Position numbers and translations under genes: made by a program. Source: a virus. From it: a stretch of 64,000 nt of DNA. The stretch spans positions 9,765-73,764 of the IMG/VR virus record IMGVR_UViG_3300046737_000169. One strand, written 5' to 3'. The notes beneath the pieces are model-generated. The model ran no database searches, was not told where the DNA came from, and was given only the letters and a program-made list of their open reading frames with translations. Shown here piece by piece: positions 39,048 to 47,600 of the stretch; the first letter of the stretch is position 1; each line of letters opens with the position of its first letter.

Positions 39048-39424
39048 TTCTTCACCTCTTCTTTCGCTTCCTGATTCAGCTTCGCTTCGAGCGCCAACTC
39101 GGCCTGGACTACCCGCCTGTACTCGCGCGTGGGCTCCCAGATGCCGCAGAGGCACTGGAGCAGGTTGTCTCCGGCTGAGTCCCACAGTTCGCAGTAGTAG
39201 GCTTTATCCTCCGGCTGAATGATGCCGCTGGGCCGGTCCAGGTGCGCGTCCTTGTCTATGTCCCACTCGAAATACCAGTCCTGATCGAGCGCGAACCGCT
39301 CAGCCGCCGCGAGCTTCTCAGCGGTGCGCACTTTGCCTTGCTCGGGCGTCTCGCGCGTGTCGTCCCAGGAGTAGCCCGCGTTGTCATAGAAGAACGCCGC
39401 CGCGCCCTTCAGAATCGTTGCCAT
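39044..39424 (-). CDS. conserved phage hypothetical protein
   Basis: FFYDNAGYSW..YRRVVQAELALE; GAGGTGAA RBS. Confidence 0.7.
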   Translation of the reverse strand: MATILKGAAAFFYDNAGYSWDDTRETPEQGKVRTAEKLAAAERFALDQDWYFEWDIDKDAHLDRPSGIIQPEDKAYYCELWDSAGDNLLQCLCGIWEPTREYRRVVQAELALEAKLNQEAKEEVKK

Positions 39425-39460
39425 CTTTCACCTCGCTGCGGGGAATGCCCGCTTACTAGA

Positions 39461-39489
39461 TTGTGCCAGGATCAATAGTCGCGTGCAAC
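39461..39489 (-). promoter_or_regulatory. sigma70-type early promoter
   Basis: Minus strand TTGCAC-17 bp-CACAAT; contains TTGATCCTGGCA, shared with the 45404-45415 region. Confidence 0.6.
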
Positions 39490-39643
39490 TATTTTCCTGG
39501 GATATTCGGAAAGAATTAGCCGCCTGTCAGCCGCCTGTCAAAGTTCAGCCGCCCGTGCCGGCAGCCGCCTGTCGCCGCGGGCTGCCGGCGCGAGCGCCGC
39601 GCCCTGGCGCGGGACCGGCGCGGGACCGGCGCGCCCTGGCGCG

Positions 39644-39820
39644 CTACCCGATGCGCGCCTCGATGGTCGAGAGCAGCAAGTCCGCCTGGATCTGCTGCGT
39701 CCAGAACGCCTGGGCAATGCGCGGCGTTTCCCAGGCCGTCTCGGCGCTCTTCTGGTAGATGTCTATCGCCACGCGCAGCGCGCCCTGAACGACGCGCAAT
39801 TGTTCTTCGGTCAAGTTCAT
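39644..39820 (-). CDS. small hypothetical protein
   Basis: GAGGTGAACCG ATG; MNLTEEQLRVV. Confidence 0.6.
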   Translation of the reverse strand: MNLTEEQLRVVQGALRVAIDIYQKSAETAWETPRIAQAFWTQQIQADLLLSTIEARIG

Positions 39821-39882
39821 CGGTTCACCTCGGGGAAAGTATCCCAGGAGGGGCACTCACCTGAGTGCCATCCCTGCGATGC

Positions 39883-40614
39883 TTATGCCGCCGCCTGCGC
39901 GCCCGCGATCTGGATGAGCGCCGCCTGCACCCGCTTCCGGCCCGCGCCGTGTGCGGCGAAGCCGATCACGATGCGCTCTTCGCGCAGCCGCGCGTCGTCC
40001 CAGCACAACCGGCAGCGGATGCACTGCGTGCCGTGGGTATCGTGCGGGCAGGGCAGCACGGTGAATCCAGCCGCATGTTTCCATGCCTTCGCGCCCGCGT
40101 GCGCGGCCACGACGAGCGCCGCCGCCCAACCTTGGGAGAGTGCCTGCGTCACGTCCGCCGCCGTCTCACACGACGCCAGAACCGACACCGCGCCCCAGGA
40201 GGCGCGCTTGACCTTGCGCCATGCGTGGGTGTAGGTCCAGGCCCGCCGCCGGTCGCGCCGCATGAAACGCTCAGCCGCCCGTGCGACGATGCGCGCCGCG
40301 CCGTTGGTCCGGCAGTCGCCCACGATATGGAGCCGCAAGTCATGCAGGCCCGACAACCGGTCAATCTCGCGCGCCTCTTGCCGCGCGATCAGGAGCGGGT
40401 CAACCTGGGCGCGCCGCCCGCCCGCCGCCGCGTTCAGCTTCGCCGTCTGCATCCCGACGCGGTCCTCTTCGCCGTAGCAGCCGCCGCCGTCAAAGAACGC
40501 GCAGCCTGGGTCACATGACGGCTGAGCCGCGCTCGTATTCGAGCACGGCCCTGTTTTCGAGTTCCCGCTAATCTCTACCGCTTTGGCGAGCGGCTCGCGT
40601 AACGTGGGATTCAC
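39883..40614 (-). CDS. DUF7227/Gp88-like Cys-rich (radical-SAM-like) protein
   Basis: NSKTG..SC..C..CY; LRLHIVGD; AWTYTH; CP..C..C.LC; IGF.AHG. Confidence 0.7.
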   Translation of the reverse strand: MNPTLREPLAKAVEISGNSKTGPCSNTSAAQPSCDPGCAFFDGGGCYGEEDRVGMQTAKLNAAAGGRRAQVDPLLIARQEAREIDRLSGLHDLRLHIVGDCRTNGAARIVARAAERFMRRDRRRAWTYTHAWRKVKRASWGAVSVLASCETAADVTQALSQGWAAALVVAAHAGAKAWKHAAGFTVLPCPHDTHGTQCIRCRLCWDDARLREERIVIGFAAHGAGRKRVQAALIQIAGAQAAA

Positions 40615-40862
40615 CGCGCCGCCTCCGCTGGCCGCTTGTCCCCGGCGAACATCGGCGCGGGCGGAATCCAGCCAAGCTGGGTTAGCACGGCTTCGAGTTC
40701 TTCGCAGTCCTCGTCCGTTGAGCACAAGCCCGCCGCCCATGCCTCACGCGGTCCGCGCGACTCATGCCCGTCAGCCTGCCCGCGCGCCCACCAGCCGCCC
40801 GCCGCGCCCAGGCCCGCGACTACCGCCGCGAGCGCGGCAACCTCAGCCACGCGCCGCCTCAT
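40611..40862 (-). CDS. small membrane-anchored or secreted protein
   Basis: N-terminal hydrophobic helix; CSTDEDC. Confidence 0.55.
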   Translation of the reverse strand: MRRRVAEVAALAAVVAGLGAAGGWWARGQADGHESRGPREAWAAGLCSTDEDCEELEAVLTQLGWIPPAPMFAGDKRPAEAAR

Positions 40863-41113
40863 CGGCCCGCCCCTTCCTTCGGAAAGTCGGTGTAGGCGTC
40901 GTCAAAGGCGCGCTTGATGACCATGCGCCCGTAGAATGGCCCATCCGTCTCGTCGGGCTGGTCCGCCTGCGCCCAGTGCATCAAGTCCTGAATCAGGTCG
41001 CGCGCCGTGTCGCCGTCGATCGGGCGCGTCTCATTCAGGTGCAGGGCATACGCCGTAAGCACCGCCCGCGCGCGCGCCGCGCAGGCTTCGTTCTTCTTCG
41101 TCAATACGTACAT
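40859..41113 (-). CDS. hypothetical protein
   Basis: N..RA..L.AY..DL..DLMHW motif; RBS. Confidence 0.65.
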   Translation of the reverse strand: MYVLTKKNEACAARARAVLTAYALHLNETRPIDGDTARDLIQDLMHWAQADQPDETDGPFYGRMVIKRAFDDAYTDFPKEGAGR

Positions 41114-41189
41114 CGGTTCACCTCGAAAGAATTGGGAGAAGCCCAGGAGGGACGCGAGCCGCCACGCTCGCGCCATCCCTGCGGTGCTC

Positions 41190-41489
41190 TCAAATCGTGC
41201 AGCAGCCGCAGCAGGGCGCGTCTTCGCACCGGCCCGCCTTGTTGCGGGTAAACACCGCGCCACTGCTGAACCGGATCACCGACACTGGCGCGTAAGCATC
41301 CCGCCAGTACGGCGAGCGCTGCCCCTTCTTCGCCCGCGCCCGCCTGGGCGCGCCCGCCTCAACGAGCGCCCGCGCCTCATCGGCCCGCGCATCGGGCACG
41401 CGCCACGCTTTGAGCGCCGCATCCCAGTCGCCGCCCATAGCGCGCAACTCGGCCCGGTGCGGGTACGTGTTTCCCGTAATCATTGCCAT
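41190..41489 (-). CDS. hypothetical protein with C-terminal RCEDAPCCGCC
   Basis: GNTYPHR.EL..MGG.WD...KAW N-terminal domain. Confidence 0.7.
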   Translation of the reverse strand: MAMITGNTYPHRAELRAMGGDWDAALKAWRVPDARADEARALVEAGAPRRARAKKGQRSPYWRDAYAPVSVIRFSSGAVFTRNKAGRCEDAPCCGCCTI

Positions 41490-41492
41490 TGT

Positions 41493-41687
41493 CTAGTCCT
41501 CCTCATCAATGGGCTCATCGGCCCAGTAGTTCGCATCAGTGAAAATTTCCGGCCTGTACTGGGCGCGTTTCTTCGCCTCGCACCGGCTGCACACGTAGCC
41601 GCAGGCAATGCCGCGTGCGTCATAGAGCACGTAGCGCGTCTGGCCGGAGCCGCACCCGCACGGGCGTATCGGAGGGAGCCAACTCAT
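41493..41687 (-). CDS. small Cys-rich protein
   Basis: CGCGSG..DARGI...VC..C. Confidence 0.65.
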   Translation of the reverse strand: MSWLPPIRPCGCGSGQTRYVLYDARGIACGYVCSRCEAKKRAQYRPEIFTDANYWADEPIDEED

Positions 41688-41917
41688 GACCGGCCCCCCT
41701 TCTTTCTGGCCGCGCGTTCTTCCCGCTCGGCGCGTGCGAGCAACTTGCTGGCTAGGTCGTAAACGGCGTCATAGGGAACCGCGAGCCTGCGCCGCGTCCC
41801 CTTCAATCGCAGTTCAATATGTGATGGGTGCAACTCGACCAGGAGGGCGCGTGTGCGCCCCTGGTCCCTTTTGAGCGTCGCCGTCTCCCGGCGGACCGGC
41901 TTATCGAGGCGCGTCAT
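41684..41917 (-). CDS. small basic protein
   Basis: MTRLDKPVRRET..IELRLKGTRR. Confidence 0.6.
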   Translation of the reverse strand: MTRLDKPVRRETATLKRDQGRTRALLVELHPSHIELRLKGTRRRLAVPYDAVYDLASKLLARAEREERAARKKGGRS

Positions 41918-42080
41918 TACAGCGGCTCCGATTCGATCAGGATTACATCGTTGACCCGGAGCCCGGTCACGCGCCGCGTTTCGCCGTCCGTCTCCACGTA
42001 CACCGGGCGCGAGCCCGCGCCCTGGACCTGAGCGGTCCAGAGCAGCTTGGCTAGCTCCGCGCCTGAGAGCGTGTCGATTC

Positions 42081-42338
42081 TCACCGTACACCGTCCGGCA
42101 GTACAGTCACCTCACCGGCGAGCGTGCCGGGGTAGCGGTCGCCCGCCGCCATGCGCCCGCCTGGGGACACCGTCACCAGTCCGCGCGCAATGTCCAGCGC
42201 GTGATGTACGCTCGGGCCTGCCTCGAAACGGAACCGCTGCGAGCCGCCGCCGTACCTGGGTTCAAAAGTTTTCTCGACCGTGACGCCCCAACGGCCATCA
42301 ATCAGGTCAAGATGAACGGACACGATTTGGTTTTCCAT
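42081..42338 (-). CDS. hypothetical protein
   Basis: GAGGTGAAG RBS. Confidence 0.6.
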   Translation of the reverse strand: MENQIVSVHLDLIDGRWGVTVEKTFEPRYGGGSQRFRFEAGPSVHHALDIARGLVTVSPGGRMAAGDRYPGTLAGEVTVLPDGVR

Positions 42339-42351
42339 CGCTTCACCTCTT

Positions 42352-42531
42352 CTAGAACAACTTCGGCTGCGGGTCCGATACCGGAGCCGCGAACAAACCG
42401 CCCTGCTCGACGCGAGCGCGCCGCAGCTTGCGGCGCTTCTCTTCCGGCGTCAAGGGACAGTCAAAACCAGCCGTCAACTGCTCGCCCAGGAGGCGCGCTT
42501 GGTCGTCCGGCTGCTCTTCTATCTCGATCAC
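42352..42531 (-). CDS. 59-aa early protein with twin QxxLF motifs, paralog of a segment of the giant virion protein
   Basis: GAGGTGAA RBS then GTG; translates MIEIEEQPDDQARLLGEQLTAGFDCPLTPEEKRRKLRRARVEQGGLFAAPVSDPQPKLF. Confidence 0.85.
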   Translation of the reverse strand: MIEIEEQPDDQARLLGEQLTAGFDCPLTPEEKRRKLRRARVEQGGLFAAPVSDPQPKLF

Positions 42532-42544
42532 GATTCACCTCTCT

Positions 42545-42598
42545 TTGACTATACGCCAGTAACAACGATTTGGTTACTAAATCTTGCGAAATATTTTC
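42545..42598 (-). promoter_or_regulatory. AT-rich probable promoter
   Basis: Minus-strand TATAGT -10; GTAACCAAATCGTTGTTAC imperfect palindrome. Confidence 0.45.
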
Positions 42599-42965
42599 AG
42601 GACTCGGCTTCAACCGTGTGGCGCTCGACTTCCTCCCCCACAAACGGCTCGCGCGGGTCCGCGTGGACCGTGACCGGCCCGCCGCCGCGCCCGTCGTCGT
42701 AGGTCAGCGACACCGCGCCCAGGCACCGGCGCAGGCCCTCGGCTGCCGCCTCCTGGTCGTTGATCCGCCGCAGGACGATGTTGTACACCTCGGACTCGCC
42801 GTCCGAGAGCGTGTGCTTTTCCACCGCCAACCGGCTGAGGTAGTCCCCGGCCTCGTCTTCGATGTAGATCATTTCCAGCGGAGTGGTGCGGGCGAGCAGT
42901 TCTAGCTCGCGCGCAAGGTCCGCCGCCGTCATCACCACGGCTGTATGCGTTCTGGTCATCATCAC
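42597..42965 (-). CDS. hypothetical protein
   Basis: RBS lies within a repeat element. Confidence 0.6.
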   Translation of the reverse strand: MMMTRTHTAVVMTAADLARELELLARTTPLEMIYIEDEAGDYLSRLAVEKHTLSDGESEVYNIVLRRINDQEAAAEGLRRCLGAVSLTYDDGRGGGPVTVHADPREPFVGEEVERHTVEAES

Positions 42966-43048
42966 GTTTCACCTCGAAAAGAATTACGGGAAAGAATCCC
43001 ACCGGCGCGGGCGCGCCCGGTCACACGCGCCCGCCCTCTGCGACTCTC

Positions 43049-43354
43049 TTACCGCTCGCCCGCCAGACACTTGCGCTGGCCTTCGCGCACCGACTCGACA
43101 ATGGCGCGATGGCGCGCCGTCTCCCAGTCCGCCTCATAGCCCGCCATGACCGGCGAGGCCGCCAATGGCCGCACGCTGGACAGTTCGACCCACTGGGCGC
43201 CGTCGCCCGCCACCGGCGCCACTTGCAGCCGCTGCTTACCCCAGGACGCCTTGACATCGATCACCCGGCAGTCAATCCACAGTTCACCGGCGCGCAACTG
43301 GCACAACTCGCCCACTGCGCCAATCATCCCCGTTGCCGTGTAGCGCGTCGTCAC
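43049..43354 (-). CDS. hypothetical SH3-like beta protein
   Basis: VIDVKASWG..RLQVAPVAGDG..WV. Confidence 0.6.
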   Translation of the reverse strand: MTTRYTATGMIGAVGELCQLRAGELWIDCRVIDVKASWGKQRLQVAPVAGDGAQWVELSSVRPLAASPVMAGYEADWETARHRAIVESVREGQRKCLAGER

Positions 43355-43863
43355 TAGCTCACCTCCGGCTTAATCAGATCGCCGCGCCCGTTGATGCGGA
43401 TTCCCTTGGACGCGCCCAACTCGGGCTCGACCGGGCACTGGATCGCCGCCGCGAGCCGCTCGGCCTTCCGGCGCTTGGCCACGTTCCAGCGCTTGACCAC
43501 CGGCGGGAATCCCGGCTTCTCTTTGAGCGGGGATATCTCACAGCCGAACTCGCACCCGATCCCGTTGCGCTGCCAGTCCAGGTCTTCCGGCTTAGCCTCG
43601 TACCATTTCGGCAACGTGACCGGGCGCGACATGATCCCCAGGTAGCCGTCCGACTCGAAGTAACCCATCACCACCGCCGGTCCGATGTCGTTCATCTCGA
43701 TGCGGACCATCTGCCCGACTTCGGGCAGCGGGTTCTCACCGGACCACTTCAGCGCAATCCCGCGCTCATTGTGGAACTCGCGCATGGGCGAGCCCTCATC
43801 GTCAATCAGCCGCCCCGTGGCCATTGGCCGGGGGATAAAAAACCGCTCTTTCATGCGTTCCAT
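43354..43863 (-). CDS. hypothetical protein
   Basis: WSG..PLP.VG..V...N.IG..V.GYF...GYLG. Confidence 0.65.
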   Translation of the reverse strand: MERMKERFFIPRPMATGRLIDDEGSPMREFHNERGIALKWSGENPLPEVGQMVRIEMNDIGPAVVMGYFESDGYLGIMSRPVTLPKWYEAKPEDLDWQRNGIGCEFGCEISPLKEKPGFPPVVKRWNVAKRRKAERLAAAIQCPVEPELGASKGIRINGRGDLIKPEVS

Positions 43864-43949
43864 AATCTGACCTTTCACCTCGACAAGAATTTCGGGAAGT
43901 CTCCCAGGAGTGGCGCGCGCGATCCGCGCGCCCTCCCTGCGGTACTTTC

Positions 43950-44132
43950 CTATTCGCCCGCCCGCGCCCAGAAGCGCACCGTACCCATGCGGTCCAACCA
44001 CTTGATTTGCGCCCGGTAGGACTCGCCGTCCGCCAGATACGCCGCGACGTTGAACAGGATCGACGCGCCCACCCCAGGCGCAACCGTGTCGATCCGCTGC
44101 AAGATGATCCCGTATGGGCTGAGGCGCGCCAT
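43950..44132 (-). CDS. small hypothetical protein
   Basis: TAATG coupling with the upstream gene. Confidence 0.5.
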   Translation of the reverse strand: MARLSPYGIILQRIDTVAPGVGASILFNVAAYLADGESYRAQIKWLDRMGTVRFWARAGE

Positions 44133-44746
44133 TAGAAGAGCCTCCCTTGATCGCCCGTCTCGACCGGCGCAGCCTGGGCCGCCTCGGCGAGCTTGACCGC
44201 CTCCGCGCCCGCCTTCGAGAGCACCCGCGCCAAGAACCCCTCGATCCGGGGAATCTCTTTGTTGAGGTACGCCACCTTGCGGTCGATATCGTCCTGGCAC
44301 CGCTTGACCCAGACCGCGCCGCCCTCGCCGCGCCGGTCCAAGCTGCGCTCATGGTCGCCGTTGCGCTCCACGTCGTACACCGGATGAAACAGCCAACTGG
44401 ACTCGGTGAAAATATCCTTCCCGCCCGCGTCCGCGATGAAATAGAGCCCGCTCCCGAAATACTCGCGCCCGCGCGGCATGGCCTCCACCGGCCCGGTGAG
44501 AATCTCCAGGTAGTTCCGGTATTTCACCAGCAACTTCGCATTCTTGCGGTAGAGCGTGCCGAGCGTGGGCGTCGCCTGGAGTATCCGGTCGATACAATCG
44601 AGCCCGTACTGCTGAACCAAGCCGTCCTTGTACGTCACGCGCGCCACATGCTTAATGCCCTGGCTGCACCGGTCGCAGCACTGAACCGGGGACGCCGTGT
44701 AGTAGTACACCGAGCGCACCGCCGTCGTTCCTAAAATCTGAGTCAT
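44132..44746 (-). CDS. hypothetical Zn-binding protein ending in QGRLF
   Basis: CDRC..IKH..G.DC; C-terminal QxxLF. Confidence 0.7.
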   Translation of the reverse strand: MTQILGTTAVRSVYYYTASPVQCCDRCSQGIKHVARVTYKDGLVQQYGLDCIDRILQATPTLGTLYRKNAKLLVKYRNYLEILTGPVEAMPRGREYFGSGLYFIADAGGKDIFTESSWLFHPVYDVERNGDHERSLDRRGEGGAVWVKRCQDDIDRKVAYLNKEIPRIEGFLARVLSKAGAEAVKLAEAAQAAPVETGDQGRLF

Positions 44747-44827
44747 AATTCCTTCCTCACCTCGAGTTTTCGGGAAGTCTCCCAGGAGGGAGGCGCGCCC
44801 ACTCGCCGCGCCCCATCCCTGCGGTAC

Positions 44828-45070
44828 TTACCGGATGCCCGCGAGCCGCTCGGCGATTTCGCGCTCGCGCTCGGCGAGCACTTCCTTGGCCCGCACAACC
44901 TGCTCAGCCGCTACCCATACCTGCACGCGCGGGGGAGGCAAACGCTTGTCCCTCCACTTGGGATGCTCCATCCGCGAATAGATCCCCGCTGCAATCAGCG
45001 AATCGAGCAGGCCCGCCGCCCGCATCCCCGTCGCCGTCTCGGCAATCAACGTCATCGTCGCCTGCGCCAT
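44828..45070 (-). CDS. DUF2007-like small protein
   Basis: L.AAGI..VQVWV...V.RAKEVL. Confidence 0.55.
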   Translation of the reverse strand: MAQATMTLIAETATGMRAAGLLDSLIAAGIYSRMEHPKWRDKRLPPPRVQVWVAAEQVVRAKEVLAEREREIAERLAGIR

Positions 45071-45073
45071 GAC

Positions 45074-45373
45074 CTACTTCACCTCCGCAGCCGCTGCCGC
45101 CGCCCACGCGCCGTTGCCCGCCTTCGCCTTCTTCGCCGCCGCCGCCTTCTCACACTCGGCGTCGGTAGTGCAAGCGGCGCGAGTGCACCTCTTGCACTCG
45201 CGCAACCCGTGCGCCTCCGCTACCGAACGCTCAGAAGTGAGCTTGTGAGCCTTCGCGCCCTTCCGGACACTGCACGTCGCGCTCAAGTGATACACCTTCG
45301 AGGACGGCCCGAAATGAACCGCCTCCCCGAACATCATGCTCGCCAAGAGCAACCCCAAAATTATCGACTTCAT
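45074..45373 (-). CDS. secreted protein with Ada-like metal-binding motif
   Basis: Signal peptide; KVYH...C..AEAHGLRECKRC. Confidence 0.65.
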   Translation of the reverse strand: MKSIILGLLLASMMFGEAVHFGPSSKVYHLSATCSVRKGAKAHKLTSERSVAEAHGLRECKRCTRAACTTDAECEKAAAAKKAKAGNGAWAAAAAAEVK

Positions 45374-45394
45374 CTCTGTCTTCTCACCTCGATC

Positions 45395-45526
45395 TAGAAT
45401 TTTCTGCCAGGATCAAACGATCCTACATACGACTATACGACAATGCGAAGGTTTTGGTTACATATCACACAAAGATTTCTCAAAATAATTTTGTGGCGTT
45501 GTAACCGGCTTTATGCTCATACATAT
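45395..45526. promoter_or_regulatory. divergent AT-rich promoter region (early operon vs terS)
   Basis: AT-rich gap between divergent genes; TATGCT about 10 nt before ATG 45527. Confidence 0.6.
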
Positions 45527-46372
45527 ATGAGCGCTCAACCCGGCGCGCTGCCGCCCGCCTTGCGCCCCGGCGCGGGTCGCCTTTGCTCTATCTGCTCTCA
45601 TCCGGACCGGGACCGCATCGATGCCGCCCTCATTCAACCCGGCGTCAACCGCGCTAAATTGGCGGGAAAATTCGGGATCAATGATACTTCCCTCCAGCGA
45701 CATATGGAAAACCACTTACCTGCTAGACTGGCTCGAAATGCGGAAGTCCTTGTACGTGAGTCAGATGCGGCGATGGTCAAGTTCGCCATCGCGGAATCCG
45801 TCAACCGGATGCGGCGCATACAGAAGAGAGCGGACGCGCTCGCCCAGGTAGTAGAGGAGCGGGCCGCCGCCGGTGACGCGAGCATCCCAGGTGACCGGAC
45901 CGGCCTGCTAGTGAAGCGCCCCCGGTCCTACCGGATCGGTAAAGACGTGTTCAGGGAAGTCATCGATGTAGAGGTTGACGCCGCGCTGCTCGCAGAAGAG
46001 CGCGCCCTGGAGCGCGCCGCCGTCCTCGAAACCGGCGAGTGGCTCGCTCAGACCGGCAAAGGCCAGTGGGGCACCGGCGCAGGCGGGAACGGTCCACTCG
46101 TTGTGGTCCTGGCCTCCGGCCTGCAGCCGCTACCGGGCGAGAGCCCCGGCGAGGCGCGCCATCGTATAACGGATGCTCGCCGCAAGGTGACCCGGACCGC
46201 CGCCGAGCAGGAAACCGTGGGGCAAACCGCCGCCCTGGCCCTCACCGATATCGAGCTACCCGGCGAAGCCGGGGAGGAGGATACCCGGCAAGGTGCATTA
46301 GCGGGTACGTCCCAGGCGAGCCAGGACGCGAGCCCAGACGTAGCCTACGATGATGACGTAGACGAGACGTAG
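45527..46372 (+). CDS. putative terminase small subunit (HTH)
   Basis: CSICSHP.R..ID.AL..LAGKFGI..SLQRH..HL; helical centre; acidic tail. Confidence 0.55.
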   Translation: MSAQPGALPPALRPGAGRLCSICSHPDRDRIDAALIQPGVNRAKLAGKFGINDTSLQRHMENHLPARLARNAEVLVRESDAAMVKFAIAESVNRMRRIQKRADALAQVVEERAAAGDASIPGDRTGLLVKRPRSYRIGKDVFREVIDVEVDAALLAEERALERAAVLETGEWLAQTGKGQWGTGAGGNGPLVVVLASGLQPLPGESPGEARHRITDARRKVTRTAAEQETVGQTAALALTDIELPGEAGEEDTRQGALAGTSQASQDASPDVAYDDDVDET

Positions 46373-47600
46373 ACTCGAGACGTACCGTAGATGAAGGTGT
46401 AGGCCCGCACGCGGAGCCCGCGCGCGAGCCAACCCCTCCCCCCGCGCCCGCGAACCGGGGCCCCCCGCGCGCCTGCCCAAGGGGTGTTGTCGAGGGCATG
46501 TGAAGTACAACGTGGGAAGTGGAGCATGTCGACGGCATGTGAAGTCCAGCGTAGGAGTCCAGTGTAGGAGGGGTCTCGAGTGAAGCGGAAGATGCGGGTG
46601 AGGTGGACGTGTTCGGACTATGAGAAGCACGAGCACAGGTGGAAGTGGGTGGCGTGGGTGTGTGGGCGGATGCAGTATTTGTGGAGGGTATTTGCGGCCG
46701 GCGCACCGCCTGGCCTGAGTTAGTTCCGGATTGTGGAGGGAGTTTTTGCGGTGTGGTGGAGGGAGTTTTTGCAGAACGGCCAAATTGGCCGATATGGGGT
46801 GGGAGAGTGTACTGCTCGGATTTGGAGGGGGATCGACAACCGCGGATGATTTTTAATCAACGGGAGTTGATACGGAGCTCGGCCGTGCCGGCCTTGCGGG
46901 TAGCTCACGGGGGGAGCTATACCCCCATAAGAGTTTTGGGTGGGGCCCCGTATTTGAGGGTGGTGGAGGGGTTTTTCCGGATCCGGATCGGGTTGAACGT
47001 AGTGTACGGTTACCCCCCCCCTCCGGCCGTTTTTCGTCTGGCTCAGACGTTGGGGGCGAGGGAATCCCAATGATTTTGACCGTCCGGCGCTTGTTAGGCG
47101 GTGCCGGGCCTCACGCTTCGGGAGTTCCGCGGATCTTATTCGCGGCCGCTGGGGTGGATTCCCCAGATAGCTTCGGGGCCCTCTTTACATGCTGGGCCCG
47201 TCCCCCTGTTGAGGCTCTCACCGCCAGGGGTTTCTATGCGTGGCTTGTCGCTGTAAATCGTACAGGTGTCCGGCTTTCGCTCAGGGCCTGTCGTACTGGC
47301 AGCGCTCAGGTTAAAGCTATTGAGGTACTGGCGGCGCTCGATCAGGCGCTGGCGGGCAAGGGCGCGGTTGACGGCCTCTTTGTTGCCCTGGCAAGCGGAG
47401 AACGCGGTCAGGTAGTCGAATTTGGGGTTTTGGGTGCGGCCCCGGTAGACGAACTTGGTGCCGTCGTTGAGGGGCTTCGGAACTTTACGGGAGGACTTTT
47501 TGCTCATAGATCGAGGCCGAACGGTGACCGTCCAGCCGGGACATTTAAACGTCACAATCATGCTCCTGAAAGCGGTTGCGGTGCAAGCGATTTCTTTTTT

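Larger units (their letters stand above)
35360..44830 (-). repeat. seven dispersed copies of an intergenic structured element (about 35360-35423, 38411-38478, 39824-39885, 41117-41192, 42968-43051, 43874-43952, 44757-44830)
   Basis: Minus-strand consensus: stop-CGCAGGGA[G/T]GG-variable hairpin-CTCCTG GGA..TTCCC-GAGGTGA; the copy at 42968 is divergent. Confidence 0.9.

Noticed and set aside
35360-44830. Repeats as a CRISPR array, classical attC sites or hammerhead ribozymes
   Set aside because: Spacing is 0.9-3 kb with whole genes between; no RYYYAAC/GTTRRRY cores; no CUGANGA/GAAA core
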